From assembly GCA_015664425.1 (NCBI GenBank), contig DQQH01000258.1, forward strand, positions 9,359 to 73,358: a DNA stretch of 64,000 nucleotides, written 5' to 3'. Position numbers and translations under genes: made by a program. The stretch is from Planctomycetota bacterium. Lineage in GTDB: Bacteria > Planctomycetota > UBA8108 > UBA1146. The notes under the pieces are model-generated. The model ran no database searches and was not told where the DNA came from. It worked only from the letters and a program-made list of their open reading frames with translations. This document shows positions 27,824 to 36,989 of this stretch, in pieces. Numbering within the stretch: position 1 is the first letter of the stretch; every line of letters starts with the position of its first letter.

Positions 27824-28334
27824 TTCATCGTCCTCTTCCTTCAAGGAGAGGGTGAAGCAAGAGTCTGTATTCACGGCTCCCTGGGTCGGTTCAGCTGTCG
27901 GGAGTCGTGGTGTCGGGGAGAATCGCAGGTCGCCCCCATTTCCAGTTCTCCTGATCGTCTCCTGCGTCCGATACAGCAGATCGGGGTCCGGAAAGAGACA
28001 TTCTGCGAGCGCTCCTCCTGTTAGGTCGGGTGTTCAGGGGAAGTCTGAAGAAAAGACTGTCGAGCGCCTGGGAATTCGTGTTCCCGGGGGTTCGTGCTTT
28101 TCCGGGAACTCATGTTTCCGGGGAACCAAATTCGGGGATCAGATTCATGGAATTCGGCAGGCACCTGTCGCGGGGAGTTCCGGCCCAGCCAGCGCCCGAC
28201 GTTCATTCAGTACCTGCTCACCCCGAGAGGTCAGTTACGCGTGCCGGGGTTTTGCCCAGATCTCGAAGTGCAATGTCTCGAGATTGTGTCCCGGAACTGT
28301 CCTGGTACAGACAGCCGGATCGGAGGTACAGGGC

Positions 28335-30026
28335 GTGAGCAAGTCGATCGGCCAAATCCTGAAGGAAAAGGGTTGGGTCACCGAAGAGGGGATCCAGAAG
28401 GGCCTCGAGTATCAGAACGCGAACTCCTGCAAACTCGGTGACGCCCTGGTGAGACTCGGCATCTGCAGCCAGGAGCAGGTGACTCGATCGCTGGCGCTCC
28501 ATTTTCAGATGCCGTTCGCCAACCTGTCGAAACACGCAATCCCTCAGGAATTGATCGACATGGTGCCGAAGGATGTCGCCCTCGAGCACAAGATTGTTCC
28601 TGTCGCCAAGAAGGGTCGAAGCCTGGTGATCGCTCTCAGCGATCCCCTCGATTTCTTCACGATGGACAACCTCAGATTCATCCTCTCGACCGAGGTGGAG
28701 CCCGCCCTGGCGACACCAGCGGCGGTGGACGAGGCCCTCGACGAGTACTACCGTCTCACCGGCGGCTACGACTCCGTTCTGGGCGGTGATGCGGCCGAGG
28801 CCGACGTCGAGTTCGGCCGCGGAGATTACTCCGGAGATGACGCTGAGGCCAACGATGCGCCGGTGATCAAACTGGTGCACATGCTCATCGCCAACGCCCT
28901 CAAGGAGCGCGCCTCCGATATCCACATCGAACCGATGGAGAAGGAACTCCAGGTCCGGTACCGGGTCGACGGCATCTTGCACATCAAGGACTCGCCGCCG
29001 AAGAAACTCCAGGGCCCGGTGATCTCGAGGATCAAGATCATGTCCCAGATGGACATGGCAGAGAAACGTCGCCCGCAGGATGGCCGCATCAAGTTGCGCC
29101 TGCACGGCAGGGAGATCGACCTCCGTGTTTCGATCCTGCCATCGGTGCATGGCGAGAGCGTCGTAATGAGGATTCTCGACAAGGAGAAGGGGCTCGTCGA
29201 TCTGGAGGTCCTCGGCTTCCATGAATCCGACCTCGATCGGTTCAACCGAATCATCAAGCGGCCCAACGGAATCTTCCTCGTCACCGGCCCAACCGGTAGC
29301 GGAAAGACGACCACCCTCTACGCCGCTCTCAAGACGTTGAACCAGCCGAACGTGAAAATCATCACCGCCGAGAACCCCATCGAATACAACATCACCGGAA
29401 TCAACCAGTCGGAAGTGAGACACGGGATCGGTCTCGACTTCTCGCGGATTTTGCGTGCGATGATGCGTCAGGCACCCAACATCATCCTGGTTGGAGAAAT
29501 TCGTGACCGTGAAACAGCGGACATCGCCGTTCAAGCGGCGCTTACGGGGCACCTCGTCTTCTCCACCCTTCACACCAACGATGCACCATCTGCACTGACG
29601 CGTTTGATCGACATGGGCGTCAAGCCGTTCCTGGTTGCTTCGGCTGTGATGGCGATCATGGGCCAGCGCCTGCTGAGAACCCTGTGCTCGAATTGCAAGG
29701 AACCATACGATCCGACAGACACCGAACTCCGCCAGATTGGCCTGACGCGGGGAGATCTGGGAGAATCGAACGTCTGCCGTCCAGTCGGCTGCAACCAGTG
29801 CAGCGAAGGATACTTCGGTCGACGCGGAATCTACGAACTCCTGGAAATGTCCGGCGATCTCCGGGAACTGACTTTCAATAAGACCCCGACGAAGGACATC
29901 CGAACTAAGGCGATCAACGAGGGTATGGTCACGCTACAACAGGACGCGGTTCGAAAGCTCCTGGCTGGCCAGACCACGATCGAAGAAATCCTGCGGGTGA
30001 CCCACTCGTCCGAATTCGCAAATTAG
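28335..30026 (+). CDS. GspE/PilB-family type IV pilus / type II secretion ATPase, paralog 1
   Basis: N-terminal T2SSE_N-like domain. Walker A GPTGSGKTTT, Asp box, His box and tetracysteine CSNC...CNQC. A GTG start at 28335 was chosen; the upstream part of the ORF is not protein-like. Confidence 0.8.
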   Translation: MSKSIGQILKEKGWVTEEGIQKGLEYQNANSCKLGDALVRLGICSQEQVTRSLALHFQMPFANLSKHAIPQELIDMVPKDVALEHKIVPVAKKGRSLVIALSDPLDFFTMDNLRFILSTEVEPALATPAAVDEALDEYYRLTGGYDSVLGGDAAEADVEFGRGDYSGDDAEANDAPVIKLVHMLIANALKERASDIHIEPMEKELQVRYRVDGILHIKDSPPKKLQGPVISRIKIMSQMDMAEKRRPQDGRIKLRLHGREIDLRVSILPSVHGESVVMRILDKEKGLVDLEVLGFHESDLDRFNRIIKRPNGIFLVTGPTGSGKTTTLYAALKTLNQPNVKIITAENPIEYNITGINQSEVRHGIGLDFSRILRAMMRQAPNIILVGEIRDRETADIAVQAALTGHLVFSTLHTNDAPSALTRLIDMGVKPFLVASAVMAIMGQRLLRTLCSNCKEPYDPTDTELRQIGLTRGDLGESNVCRPVGCNQCSEGYFGRRGIYELLEMSGDLRELTFNKTPTKDIRTKAINEGMVTLQQDAVRKLLAGQTTIEEILRVTHSSEFAN

Positions 30027-30072
30027 ACGACCATTTCTCCGGGTGCAGGCCCGGATCAAGGTGAGGTGAACG

Positions 30073-31782
30073 ATGATCCTGACCGGCCAACCACTCGGTC
30101 AGATCCTGAAGGAGATGGAACTGGTGTCGGAGTTCGACATCCAGGAGGCTCTTCAGGTACAGAAGGAAAAAGGCGGAGCGATCGGCCGGATCCTCGTCGA
30201 AAAAGGACTGATCAGCGAGAAAGATCTCACCTCGGCGATTGGTCGCCAGGCCGGCATGGATTCTGTGGATCTCGAGACCGCCACAATCACATCGGAACTG
30301 ATCGATATGGTCCCGGTGAACATCGCCGAGACCTACCAGGTGGTTCCTGTCGAGTTCGACGGAAGCACGCTAACTCTGGCTCTGTCCGACCCCCAGAACA
30401 TCAGCGTCCTCGACGATCTGAAGTTCATGCTAAACCTCGAGGTCAAGGGTGCTCTCGCCGACCGTGATCAGCTCGAGAAGACCCTGGAGGCACACTACGC
30501 CGGCAAGTCTGAGTCGATGGAGTCGATCATCGGGTCGATGAAGGGCGATGACTTCGAAATCGTCGATGATGGCCGTGAGAAGATGATGGACATGGAGCAG
30601 CTGGAGAAGGATGTGAACGCAGCTCCGGTGGTGAAGCTGCTGAACATGGTCCTGCTGACCGCCATCAAAGACAGAGGCTCCGACATTCACCTCGAGCCGT
30701 TCGAGAACGAGTTCAAGATCCGATACCGGGTTGACGGCGTCCTCTACGAGATGATGCCGCCCCCCATCCAGCTCGCCCGAGCCGTCATCTCCAGGGTGAA
30801 AGTGATGGCGAACCTCGACATCGCCGAGACAAGGCTTCCGCAGGACGGTCGTATCGAGCTGAACATCGGCGGTCGCCCCGTCGATCTTCGCGTCTCGACC
30901 CTTCCGACGATGTACGGCGAGTCTGTTGTGATGAGGGTGCTCGATCGCGCCAACGTCTCCCTCGATCTGGAGCAGGTGGGGTTGAGAGCAAATGACCTCG
31001 AAATTGTCCGCGCCATGATCGCCAAGCCCAACGGCATCGTCCTGGTCACCGGGCCGACGGGCTCGGGAAAAACCACCACCCTTTACTCGTGCCTCAACGA
31101 GGCGAACAACCCCGAGATCAAGATCATCACCACAGAGGATCCGGTCGAATACAACCTCCACGGCATCGTCCAGGTGCCGATCAGCGAGGAAATCGGGGTC
31201 ACCTTTGCGGCTTGCCTCAGGAGCATCCTCCGTCAGGACCCCGACAAGATTCTGGTCGGGGAAATCCGTGACCTCGAGACGGCGCAGATCGCAGTGGAAG
31301 CGAGTCTCACCGGCCACGTCGTCTTCACCACCCTTCACACCAACGACGCGCCCTCTTCAGTCATCCGTTTGGTCGACCTGGGCCTCGAGCCCTTCCTGAT
31401 CACCGCCACCCTCGAAGCGGTCATCGCCCAGCGACTGGTGCGCAGGATTTGCCTCGACTGCAAGGTCGAGTACGAACCGACCGATGAGATGTTGATGGAA
31501 CTGGAACTCTCTAGGTCCGAGGTTGCGGGGCGGGTCTTTTACTACGGCAAGGGCTGCAAGAAGTGCAACGGATCGGGGTACAAGGGGCGAATAGCCCTCT
31601 TCGAAATCATGGTGCTGAGCGACCGAATGAGGGACAAGATCATGACCGGGTCTTCCACCCAGGAGCTGAGGGCCGGCGCCAGGGAGGATGGAATGCGAAC
31701 ATTGCGGGATTCTGGCCTCTTGCACATTTTCGATGGTGTTACCACCATCGAGGAAGTCGTCAAAGAGACGATCGTTTCCTGA
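30073..31782 (+). CDS. pilB: GspE/PilB-family ATPase, paralog 2
   Basis: Same architecture: GPTGSGKTTT, CLDC...CKKC. Roughly 45-50% identical to paralog 1 by eye. Confidence 0.85.
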   Translation: MILTGQPLGQILKEMELVSEFDIQEALQVQKEKGGAIGRILVEKGLISEKDLTSAIGRQAGMDSVDLETATITSELIDMVPVNIAETYQVVPVEFDGSTLTLALSDPQNISVLDDLKFMLNLEVKGALADRDQLEKTLEAHYAGKSESMESIIGSMKGDDFEIVDDGREKMMDMEQLEKDVNAAPVVKLLNMVLLTAIKDRGSDIHLEPFENEFKIRYRVDGVLYEMMPPPIQLARAVISRVKVMANLDIAETRLPQDGRIELNIGGRPVDLRVSTLPTMYGESVVMRVLDRANVSLDLEQVGLRANDLEIVRAMIAKPNGIVLVTGPTGSGKTTTLYSCLNEANNPEIKIITTEDPVEYNLHGIVQVPISEEIGVTFAACLRSILRQDPDKILVGEIRDLETAQIAVEASLTGHVVFTTLHTNDAPSSVIRLVDLGLEPFLITATLEAVIAQRLVRRICLDCKVEYEPTDEMLMELELSRSEVAGRVFYYGKGCKKCNGSGYKGRIALFEIMVLSDRMRDKIMTGSSTQELRAGAREDGMRTLRDSGLLHIFDGVTTIEEVVKETIVS

Positions 31783-31871
31783 CGAAACGAACCGGGGGGA
31801 ACTCCCGGTAACGAGCGACAGCTAGCCACACTAATGAGAGGTGTGGGTTAGCGAGGACCGAAGGAGCCGAG

Positions 31872-33113
31872 ATGGCTGTTTTCGAGTATGAAGCGATCAC
31901 TCCGAGCGGCAGCAAGGTTCGCCGTTCTGTCGAAGCTGATAATCAGCAGGATGCCCTCAAGAAGATTCGTGGTCAGGGGATGCGTCCCACGAAGATGAAA
32001 GAGAAGAAGGGTGCCGCTGGGATCGCTGGCGCCGGTGGAGACATCGAGAAGAAGAAATTCCGGATTGGGGCAATCTTCGACCGCATCAAACAACAGGACA
32101 TTGTTCAATTCACCCAACAGATGGCGACACTCCAGGATGCAGGACTCCCCATCGTCCGGTCATTGAAGATCCTCTCCGGTCAGATGAGGCAAGGCAGGTT
32201 CCGCTCCCAACTCGAAAAGGTCACCGATGACGTCGAAAGTGGTAGCACCTTTTCCGAGGCGCTCGCGAAGTTCCCGAGGACTTTCAACAACCTCTTTGTC
32301 GCCATGATCAAAGCCGGGGAAGCCGGCGGTGTCCTTGATCTGATTCTGCAGCGGCTCTCTGATTTCCAGGAGAAATCGATGAAGTTGAGGAAGAAGGTCA
32401 AGGGCGCGATGGTGTACCCGATTGCGGTCATCTGCGTCGCTGCCGGAATCCTGGGCTTCATCATGACCACGGTCATCCCCCAGTTTCAGAAGATGTTCGA
32501 CGACATGGGAACGACCCTTCCTGCGCCGACCCAGGCACTGCTCGCATTCTCCAATGCCATCTCCACTTACTGGTATCTTGCACCTCTGGTCGTCTTCGGG
32601 GTGGTTGGTTTGATCAAGGCGCTGGCTAGAACCGAGAAGGGGGGGCTTGCTCTCGATCGGTTCAAGTTGACCGCACCCATCTTCGGGCAGATCGTCAAGA
32701 AATCGACGATTTCGCGCTTCTGCCGGACTCTGGGGACCCTGATCTCTTCTGGCGTACCGATCCTCGAGGCGCTGGACATCGTCCGGCAGGCCGTCGGAAA
32801 CAAGGTGATCGCCAACGCCATCTCCGATGTTCACGGGTCGATACGAGAAGGGGAGACGATCGCTGAACCTCTCGGCCAGTCGGGGGTCTTCGACCCGCTG
32901 CTGGTGAACATGATCGACGTCGGCGAGGAAACGGGCGAACTGGACAAGATGCTCTCGAAGATCGCAGACAACTACGATCTCGATGTCGACGTTCTGGTCG
33001 ATTCGCTGTCGAGCCTGCTCGAGCCTGTTCTGATCGTGGGTATGGGAATCGCGGTCGGCTTCATCGTCATCGCGCTCTTCATGCCGCTACTCTCGATCAT
33101 TACCAGCATCTAG
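31872..33113 (+). CDS. pilC: Type II secretion system F / PilC-family inner-membrane platform protein
   Basis: Duplicated GspF domains (LSEALAKFPRTF..., ...ADNYD) with three TM regions. 413 aa. Confidence 0.85.
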   Translation: MAVFEYEAITPSGSKVRRSVEADNQQDALKKIRGQGMRPTKMKEKKGAAGIAGAGGDIEKKKFRIGAIFDRIKQQDIVQFTQQMATLQDAGLPIVRSLKILSGQMRQGRFRSQLEKVTDDVESGSTFSEALAKFPRTFNNLFVAMIKAGEAGGVLDLILQRLSDFQEKSMKLRKKVKGAMVYPIAVICVAAGILGFIMTTVIPQFQKMFDDMGTTLPAPTQALLAFSNAISTYWYLAPLVVFGVVGLIKALARTEKGGLALDRFKLTAPIFGQIVKKSTISRFCRTLGTLISSGVPILEALDIVRQAVGNKVIANAISDVHGSIREGETIAEPLGQSGVFDPLLVNMIDVGEETGELDKMLSKIADNYDLDVDVLVDSLSSLLEPVLIVGMGIAVGFIVIALFMPLLSIITSI

Positions 33114-33244
33114 GCGGACCACAATCGGCCGAACCAGGGAAGAGTCAATACGCACTCAGAGAAGAGATCGGCAGCAGGGGACGCCCCCGAACTTCCGGTC
33201 TCTTTTCGTTGCCGCCCTGCCGTCAGACTTTGAGAGGCTATTTT

Positions 33245-35554
33245 TTGCAATCCGATCGTAGTTACGAGCTGGAAAAACAACTTCGCACCTTCTTCAGTGG
33301 GAGAGATTACCGCCCAGTTCAGATTCCAGAGTTACTTGAGGTCATCGGCGCCAAGGAGAAGGAGCGCTCCGATCTCGAGGCGATCCTCGATCGTCTCGAA
33401 GAGCAGGGGGTTGTGGTCCCTCTCGAGGGGCGTGGTTGGTTCAGTACGAAGGGTGAGGGTTGGGCGGTGGGCACCCTCACCATCGCCCGTGGAGGATTCG
33501 GATTCGTCCGGTCGCTGGTGGAGGATCCTCTCGGCGATGTCTTTGTCCCCGAGAGGAAGATCAGCGATGGCCACCACGGTGACCGTGTCGTCGTCAAGCT
33601 GATGAAGCCAAGGAGCGGAGCTCCGCGCAGTGCCCGCGAGGGGCGCCATGGGCGGATTGTCACGGTTCTCCAGAGGAGCCCCCGGGTTTTCCTCGGGATT
33701 CTTCGCGACGGCCATGGCAACTTCTCGACCGTCGAGCCCCTGCTCCACGAGAGTGTCCGGGAGGTTCACATCTCTACCGATCAGCGAGCGGGTGCTGTAG
33801 ACGGTGATCGGGTCCTGGCACAGCTCCTCGAGGGCCCCACCGTCGGTGGCCTCCCCCCTGGAAGGGTGATCGAGGTCGCCGAGGAGGAGGGATCCTGGAA
33901 GGGCGATCTGCAGCGAGTAGCAGCGGAGCACGGACTTCCACGGAATTTTTCCGAAGCTGCCCAGGAGCAGGCGGTCGCCTTTTCCCGCGAGATCTCCGAG
34001 AAGGAGATCTCACGCCGTAGCGATCTGCGCGACCTGCCCTTTTTCACCATCGATCCGGCAGATGCCAAGGACTTCGACGATGCGGTGATGCTCGAGGGGA
34101 AGGGTGATGGGAGCTGGCGTGTTGCTGTTGCGATTGCCGACGTCAGCCATTTCGTCGCCGAGGGGAGCGAGATCGATCTCGAGGCCCACCGTCGTGGGAC
34201 CTCGGTTTATCTGCCGGGGCTGACGATCCCGATGCTTCCCGAGAGGCTTTCCTGTGACCTCTGTTCGTTGAGGCCCGGGGAGGATCGGCTGGCGATGGTG
34301 GTCTGGATGGATATCGACGAGGCAGGTGAACTCACCTCCTGGAAGGTGGAGAAGGCGGTGATCCGAAGCGTCCGGCGCTTCCAGTACTCGGAAGTCCAGG
34401 CGATTCTCGATGGTGAGGGAGAAGTGGCGGAGGAAGATCCTCTCGCCTCGACTCTCGATGGGCTGAATGAGTTGCGCGACCGTCTCAGGAGGATGCGGAT
34501 CCGCCGGGGATCTCTCGACCTCGACCTCGAGGAGATGCAACTGATCCTCGACGATCACGGCGAAGTCCTCGACGTCCGTGGTCGCTCCCGTGACGTCGCC
34601 CACAACCTGATCGAGGAGTTGATGCTGATCGCCAACGAAGCGGTTGCGCGAACCGCCAGCGAGGCGTCGATCGCTGTGCTCCGGCGGATCCACGATCAGC
34701 CTGCGACCGAGGACATCGACCGTTTCATCCGCTTCTGTCGCGTCATCGCTCCCTGGGCGCAGGTGGGCGGCGTCGACCACCTCCAGGGCGTGGTCGAGGC
34801 GGTCAAGGGCTCACCGGTGGAAGCGGTGATCAACTACGCGCTGCTTCGCACTTTGACCCAGGCGCGATACCAGGTTGGAAAATCACTCCATTTCGCCCTC
34901 GCCACCGACGAGTACTGCCACTTCACGTCGCCGATCAGGCGCTATCCCGATCTCCAGGTCCACCGCGCTCTCGATCGGTTCCTCTTCGCTGACGCCAGAG
35001 ATCTCCCCGAGTCGATGGAGGTACGGTCCGCCAGTCTCCAGGAACTGGCCGAGCACTGCTCCACGAAGGAGCGGGAGGCTGAGGACGCCGAGCGCGAGAT
35101 GAAAAAGTTGCGGGCAATCTCGTGGCTCTGCCAGCGGGTCGGGGAACGCTTCACCGGGCTGATCAGTTCAGTCAGCGATCATGGTTTCTTCGTTCGCCTC
35201 GACGGTTGTCTCATCGAAGGAATGGTCCATGTCCGGAGCCTCAGGGATGACCTCTACATCCACAACGAGGAGCAATTTGCCCTCAGAGGGCGAAACAAGG
35301 GCAGGACCTTCCGGCTCGGAGACCCTGTCGAAGTCCTCCTCGAGGGAGCAGATTCCCTCCACCGTCATATCGATCTGCGATACCTTCACCATCGTCAGGG
35401 AGGGGAAGCCCCACTCGGTGGTGGCAGCGGCCCTCTCAGGAGGGTCTTGCAGAAGAAACCTCGCAAGAAGGTCAGCACATCGGCCGGATCCCCCGGAAAG
35501 AGGTCGAAAGGACGCCGCCGGGGCAAGGGGCCTCGTCGGGGCAGGAGGAGATGA
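33245..35554 (+). CDS. rnr: Ribonuclease R
   Basis: HTH, cold-shock, RNB and S1 domains, with a basic C-terminal tail KKPRKK...[14 protein letters not shown]. The start is uncertain; a TTG at 33245 after GAGAGG was chosen, and the ORF opens at a TTG at 33209. Confidence 0.8.
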   Translation: MQSDRSYELEKQLRTFFSGRDYRPVQIPELLEVIGAKEKERSDLEAILDRLEEQGVVVPLEGRGWFSTKGEGWAVGTLTIARGGFGFVRSLVEDPLGDVFVPERKISDGHHGDRVVVKLMKPRSGAPRSAREGRHGRIVTVLQRSPRVFLGILRDGHGNFSTVEPLLHESVREVHISTDQRAGAVDGDRVLAQLLEGPTVGGLPPGRVIEVAEEEGSWKGDLQRVAAEHGLPRNFSEAAQEQAVAFSREISEKEISRRSDLRDLPFFTIDPADAKDFDDAVMLEGKGDGSWRVAVAIADVSHFVAEGSEIDLEAHRRGTSVYLPGLTIPMLPERLSCDLCSLRPGEDRLAMVVWMDIDEAGELTSWKVEKAVIRSVRRFQYSEVQAILDGEGEVAEEDPLASTLDGLNELRDRLRRMRIRRGSLDLDLEEMQLILDDHGEVLDVRGRSRDVAHNLIEELMLIANEAVARTASEASIAVLRRIHDQPATEDIDRFIRFCRVIAPWAQVGGVDHLQGVVEAVKGSPVEAVINYALLRTLTQARYQVGKSLHFALATDEYCHFTSPIRRYPDLQVHRALDRFLFADARDLPESMEVRSASLQELAEHCSTKEREAEDAEREMKKLRAISWLCQRVGERFTGLISSVSDHGFFVRLDGCLIEGMVHVRSLRDDLYIHNEEQFALRGRNKGRTFRLGDPVEVLLEGADSLHRHIDLRYLHHRQGGEAPLGGGSGPLRRVLQKKPRKKVSTSAGSPGKRSKGRRRGKGPRRGRRR

Positions 35555-36000
35555 TGATCGAGGTCTACACCGATGGGGCCTGCCGGGGCAATCCTGGACC
35601 GGGAGGCTGGGCAGCAGTCGTTCGTGACGCAGATGGGTCCCGCGAGTTGACGGGCTTCGATCCCTCGACCACCAACAACCGGATGGAACTGACTGCGGCG
35701 ATCGAGGCTCTCGCCACCTTGCCGCCTGACTCCCAAGTCCGTGTGCTCTCCGATTCGAAGTATGTCATCGATGGAATCACCAACTGGTGCTCAGCCTGGA
35801 TTCGAAGGGGCTGGCGAAAGTCCGATGGCAAGCCGGTCCTGAACCGTGAGTTGTGGCAGCGGCTGATCGAAGAAACGAGCCGCATGAAGGTGGATTGGCG
35901 CTGGGTTGAAGGTCACTCCGGCCAGGAGGAGAATGAGCGCTGCGATCTCCTGGCCAACATGGCGATCGATCACGCCGGGCCGGTCCCGGGTAACAACTGA
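35551..36000 (+). CDS. rnhA: Ribonuclease HI
   Basis: [16 protein letters not shown]...TNNRMELTA...[15 protein letters not shown] has the DEDD catalytic residues. Start overlaps the rnr stop (ATGA). Confidence 0.85.
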   Translation: MMIEVYTDGACRGNPGPGGWAAVVRDADGSRELTGFDPSTTNNRMELTAAIEALATLPPDSQVRVLSDSKYVIDGITNWCSAWIRRGWRKSDGKPVLNRELWQRLIEETSRMKVDWRWVEGHSGQEENERCDLLANMAIDHAGPVPGNN

Positions 36001-36043
36001 TCACGGGCCCTGTCGGGGGCCCGGGCGAGAGAGAGGATGGACG

Positions 36044-36739
36044 ATGTCCAGCTGGAATCGAGGGTTCTCGGCGACGATTTGCGCCTGTTGTCTTGTTGGA
36101 GGGATGGCACTGGGAGCTTCGGCACTCCAGGACTACTCCAGCCTTCCTCCCGAGCCGGCCGTTGTCCACGCGCGGCTCAACTCTTCAGCAGTGACCCTTC
36201 TCGATGCGATCAAGGTCGCCGAGGAAACCACGGGAGGCCTCAGTGCCATGGCGTCAGCCTCTTCCGGTGGCGATCTCGCCTACGAGGTGGTCTGCTACAA
36301 CAAGGTCCGGGGAACGAAGGTGATCATCGACAAGGAAGGACTCGTCGTGAGCATGGAAGAGATGGTGCGATTCCCGGGAGACCCCTTCACTAGTGAGATT
36401 CAGACGACCGAAAGCGGATTGCAGTACGCCGAGATCGTCGAGGGAACCGGCGAATCGCCGGAGCCGACCCAAACCGTCATGGTTCATTACAGCGGCTGGC
36501 TGGTCGACGGCACTCAGTTCGACAGTTCCGTGAAGCGCGGAAACCCTACGACCTTCCCTCTCGACCAGGTGATTCCTGGCTGGACCGAAGGTGTTGGGGG
36601 GATGAAGGTGGGAGGCAAACGCAAGCTGATCATCCCGTACCAGCTGGCATACGGCGAAAGAGGGAGACCACCGTCGATCCCCGCCAAGGCGACCCTGATC
36701 TTCGATGTGGAACTGCTCGAGGTCGTCCCCAAGAACTGA
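36044..36739 (+). CDS. FKBP-type peptidyl-prolyl cis-trans isomerase with signal peptide
   Basis: The C-terminal FKBP domain (...[16 protein letters not shown]...[31 protein letters not shown]...) is typical FkpA/FklB. RBS GAGAGGA precedes the ATG at 36044. Confidence 0.8.
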   Translation: MSSWNRGFSATICACCLVGGMALGASALQDYSSLPPEPAVVHARLNSSAVTLLDAIKVAEETTGGLSAMASASSGGDLAYEVVCYNKVRGTKVIIDKEGLVVSMEEMVRFPGDPFTSEIQTTESGLQYAEIVEGTGESPEPTQTVMVHYSGWLVDGTQFDSSVKRGNPTTFPLDQVIPGWTEGVGGMKVGGKRKLIIPYQLAYGERGRPPSIPAKATLIFDVELLEVVPKN

Positions 36740-36989
36740 CGGGGAGGCCAGTTCCTGGGTGGAATCGCTGCTGATGGGGTTCCTGACCGGCCCATTGGGG
36801 TCGTCGGCTCTCTTCCTGGCATCGTATCCTCAAGGGAGAGCCCGGTTTCTCCCCCCCAGGCTGTGATCGCCTGGCTGGGGGAAGGTTGCCCCGGAGGGGC
36901 GCCCTGCCTAGAATCCCGGGACCGTCAGGAAATGCCCCTGACAGAAGGGGTTGCGCTAAAACAAGAGACCTTTTCCGGGGAGACGAGAG

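Noticed and set aside
27852-28334. The N-terminal roughly 160 codons of the listed 724-aa PilB ORF
   Set aside because: This part is Gly-, Arg- and Ser-rich with no similarity to GspE N-domains. The real protein most plausibly starts at the GTG at 28335 (VSKSIGQILKEKGW), which aligns with the N-terminus of paralog 2.
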